A stretch of 48,837 nucleotides of DNA from Candidatus Copromorpha sp. (lineage in GTDB: Bacteria > Bacillota > Clostridia > Peptostreptococcales > Anaerovoracaceae). Below the pieces are notes generated by a model that made no database searches, was not told the origin of the DNA, and saw only the letters and a list, made by a program, of their open reading frames with translations. The stretch lies in NCBI GenBank assembly GCA_045114655.1, contig JBGUKV010000055.1, positions 1 to 48,837 of the forward strand. The letters run 5' to 3'. This document shows positions 46,835-48,837 of this stretch, in pieces. Within the stretch, counting starts at the first letter, position 1; each line of letters begins with the position of its first letter. The position numbers were made by a program, and so were the translations under genes.

Positions 46835-48837
46835 TTATGCTGTGGCTTCAGTGCTTGCCCCGTCTTCCTTGTTTTCGTCTTCTTTCTTCTTCGCGAAGAT
46901 TGCCACGAGAACCTGGATGATCAGGATCACGACCATGAGGATGGTCCACTTGTCAACCAACTGCATCTGCTGGGTCAGATCCTCTGTGATGAGGAATATT
47001 ATGATCGCAGCGATTGCCGGGATCAGGCTTAAGAGTCTGATCGTGCCCTTTCTCTTGATTTCTGTTTCCTCACCGGTTGTTTCATCCTCGTCACGTCTCT
47101 TGCCGAAGTATCTAATCAGCATGATCAGTGAGAGGAGTGCTGTCAGGATCGCGCAAATCAGATTGAGCAGCGCCCAGAAGTCCGCGTTAGCCTTTGGAGC
47201 CGGTTCATCGATGATCGTTGTTGGTGTCGGCGGATCAGCAATTACTGTTGGTGTTGTCGGTGGAGCTGCCGGGCCTGCATTTGCAGCAGGTGCTCCTGGC
47301 GCTCCAGGATTTCCACCGCCACCGCCTCTATTATTGCCGCCATTGTCAGGTGTCGGGTCTGGCGTTGGTCCAGGTGTTGGGTCTGGGTCCGGATCCGGGT
47401 TTGGTCCCGGCCCTGGTCCCGGTGCCGGTGCCGCCGTTGTCGCCGTTACGCTGGCGGTTCCTGACGGCTTGCTGCCATCCGGTGCTGTTCCTGTTGCCGT
47501 TGCTGTATTGACAACCTTGCCCGCGTTCACATCTGCCTGTGTCACGGTGTATTCATAAATAAGTTTTACACCATCTCCAGGGTCGAGAGAAGCAATTCTT
47601 CCGGAGTCTCCTGTAAACTTCACAAGGGAATCCTTCACGTCGATGCCCTCTATTGTGACATTTCCGGTATTCCTTACTGATACTGTGTAAGTAAGCACGT
47701 CCCCTGCCTTGAGGCCGCTTGTTTTGCTTGCCTCCTTTGTGACAGTCAGCGCAGGTGCGGCTTCCTCAGTAGAAACAGTTGCCGTCGCCTTGACTTCTTC
47801 AGGAGGCTCGCCTCTTACCGCCGTCGCATTTGCTACGGCAGTATTTTCGATTTCACCTGCATTCACATCTGCCTGTGTCACTGTGTAGGTTGCCGTTGCT
47901 GTTGCAGTCTCGCCCGGCTTCAGCGTCGTCTTGTCCAGTGCTCCGAGCTCGATGCCTTCCAGCTCGTCTTCCAGGGTGACATTCTCTACTGTGACGTTCC
48001 CGGTGTTTGTAATCTCGATCGTGTACGTTACTGTATCGCCAACCGTCAAGCCTTCCGTTGGATCTGCTGTCATCTTGATAGCGAGTTTTGCAGCTGCGTC
48101 CTCAGCCTTGACTATCGCTGTCGCTTCGGCTTCCTTCGGATCATCGCCTCTGACTGCCGTCGCGTTCGCCTTCACCACGTTCACGATCTTGCCTGCGTCC
48201 ACATCCGCCTGTGTTACCTCATACGTATATGTGAACTCGGCCGTCTTTCCCGGTGCAAGCGCAAACGTCTTTCCGCTCAGGTCCGCATGGTCGTCGGACA
48301 GTTTCCCGTCCTTCACGCTCACGTTGCCTGTGTTCTTCACAACGACTGTGTACGTGACCGTGCTGCCGGCCGTCACGCCTGATGTCGGGTTCGCTGTCTT
48401 CGTGATCTGCAGTGCCGCTCCGGCCGCCTCGGTCTTCACGGTCTCCGTCGCTTCGGCTTCCTTAGGATCATCTCCTCTGGCCGCTTTCGCGTTCGCCTTC
48501 ACCACGTTTTTGATCTCGCCCGCGTCCACGTCATCCTGTGTTACCTTATACGTGTATGTGAACTCGGCCGTCTCTTTTGGCGCCAGTGCGAATGTCTTTC
48601 CGCTCAGGTCCGCATGGTCGTCGGACAGCTTCCCGGCCTTCACGCTCACGTTGCCCTCGTTCTTCACAACGACTGTGTACGTGACCGTATCGCCGACCTT
48701 GAAGTCGCCCTCCTGCGCATTCGCCTTCTTCGTGACGCTCAGCTCCGCTTCCGCCTCTTCCGCCGTTACCGTCGCTGTCGCTTCGGCTTCTTCAGGATCT
48801 TCTCCTCTGGCCGCTGTCGCGTTCGCTGTGACCACGT
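46835..48837 (-). CDS. 5'-truncated surface protein with tandem DUF11/DUF7507-like Ig repeats, Pro/Gly linker and three-TM C-terminal anchor
   Basis: Repeats L.(V/I)TK.A..GD.VTYT..V.N.GNV..YTVTQADV.AG.I.N; near-identical DNA repeats with 327-bp period (48281 vs 48608); ORF runs off the window end. Confidence 0.85.
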   Translation of the reverse strand, partial: VVTANATAARGEDPEEAEATATVTAEEAEAELSVTKKANAQEGDFKVGDTVTYTVVVKNEGNVSVKAGKLSDDHADLSGKTFALAPKETAEFTYTYKVTQDDVDAGEIKNVVKANAKAARGDDPKEAEATETVKTEAAGAALQITKTANPTSGVTAGSTVTYTVVVKNTGNVSVKDGKLSDDHADLSGKTFALAPGKTAEFTYTYEVTQADVDAGKIVNVVKANATAVRGDDPKEAEATAIVKAEDAAAKLAIKMTADPTEGLTVGDTVTYTIEITNTGNVTVENVTLEDELEGIELGALDKTTLKPGETATATATYTVTQADVNAGEIENTAVANATAVRGEPPEEVKATATVSTEEAAPALTVTKEASKTSGLKAGDVLTYTVSVRNTGNVTIEGIDVKDSLVKFTGDSGRIASLDPGDGVKLIYEYTVTQADVNAGKVVNTATATGTAPDGSKPSGTASVTATTAAPAPGPGPGPNPDPDPDPTPGPTPDPTPDNGGNNRGGGGGNPGAPGAPAANAGPAAPPTTPTVIADPPTPTTIIDEPAPKANADFWALLNLICAILTALLSLIMLIRYFGKRRDEDETTGEETEIKRKGTIRLLSLIPAIAAIIIFLITEDLTQQMQLVDKWTILMVVILIIQVLVAIFAKKKEDENKEDGASTEATA

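Noticed and set aside
1-48837. tRNA, rRNA, CRISPR arrays, IS elements, selenocysteine or frameshift recoding
   Set aside because: None recognised by eye; all called genes read as uninterrupted ORFs. A covariance-model scan would be needed to exclude small RNAs

Overview
Chromosomal window from a moderately GC-rich anaerobic Firmicute. The gene content suggests Clostridia, possibly Anaerovoracaceae-like; that taxonomy is inference. About 40 CDSs, mostly on the minus strand. Core genes: rho, prmC, tilS, ftsH, glyA, coaX, dusB, pgi, aroA, htrA. Fermentation genes: CoA-acylating succinate-semialdehyde dehydrogenase, a But-type CoA-transferase, hbd, and a Na+-pumping acyl-CoA decarboxylase operon (alpha-delta-gamma) with no beta subunit. 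Also a PadR-DUF1700-DUF4097 operon, an orphan WYL regulator, a LysR/QueG-like Fe-S pair with a PAP2-DUF6125-(deformylase::nitroreductase) operon, and three large surface proteins. No tRNA, rRNA, CRISPR array, integrase or transposase was recognised. Most notable: (1) the decarboxylase transcript has a structured leader resembling a Na+ (DUF1646-type) riboswitch, a perfect 15-nt complementarity between its 5' and 3' UTRs 2.4 kb apart, and a REP-like 32-bp inverted repeat where the beta-subunit gene is expected; (2) a lipoprotein with two cystatin-like (QxVAG) domains coupled to a giant surface protein; (3) two apparently non-sortase anchoring modules; (4) a deformylase-like::nitroreductase fusion; (5) repeated low-complexity loop insertions in housekeeping enzymes. 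All family assignments are from motif recognition by eye; no database searches were run.
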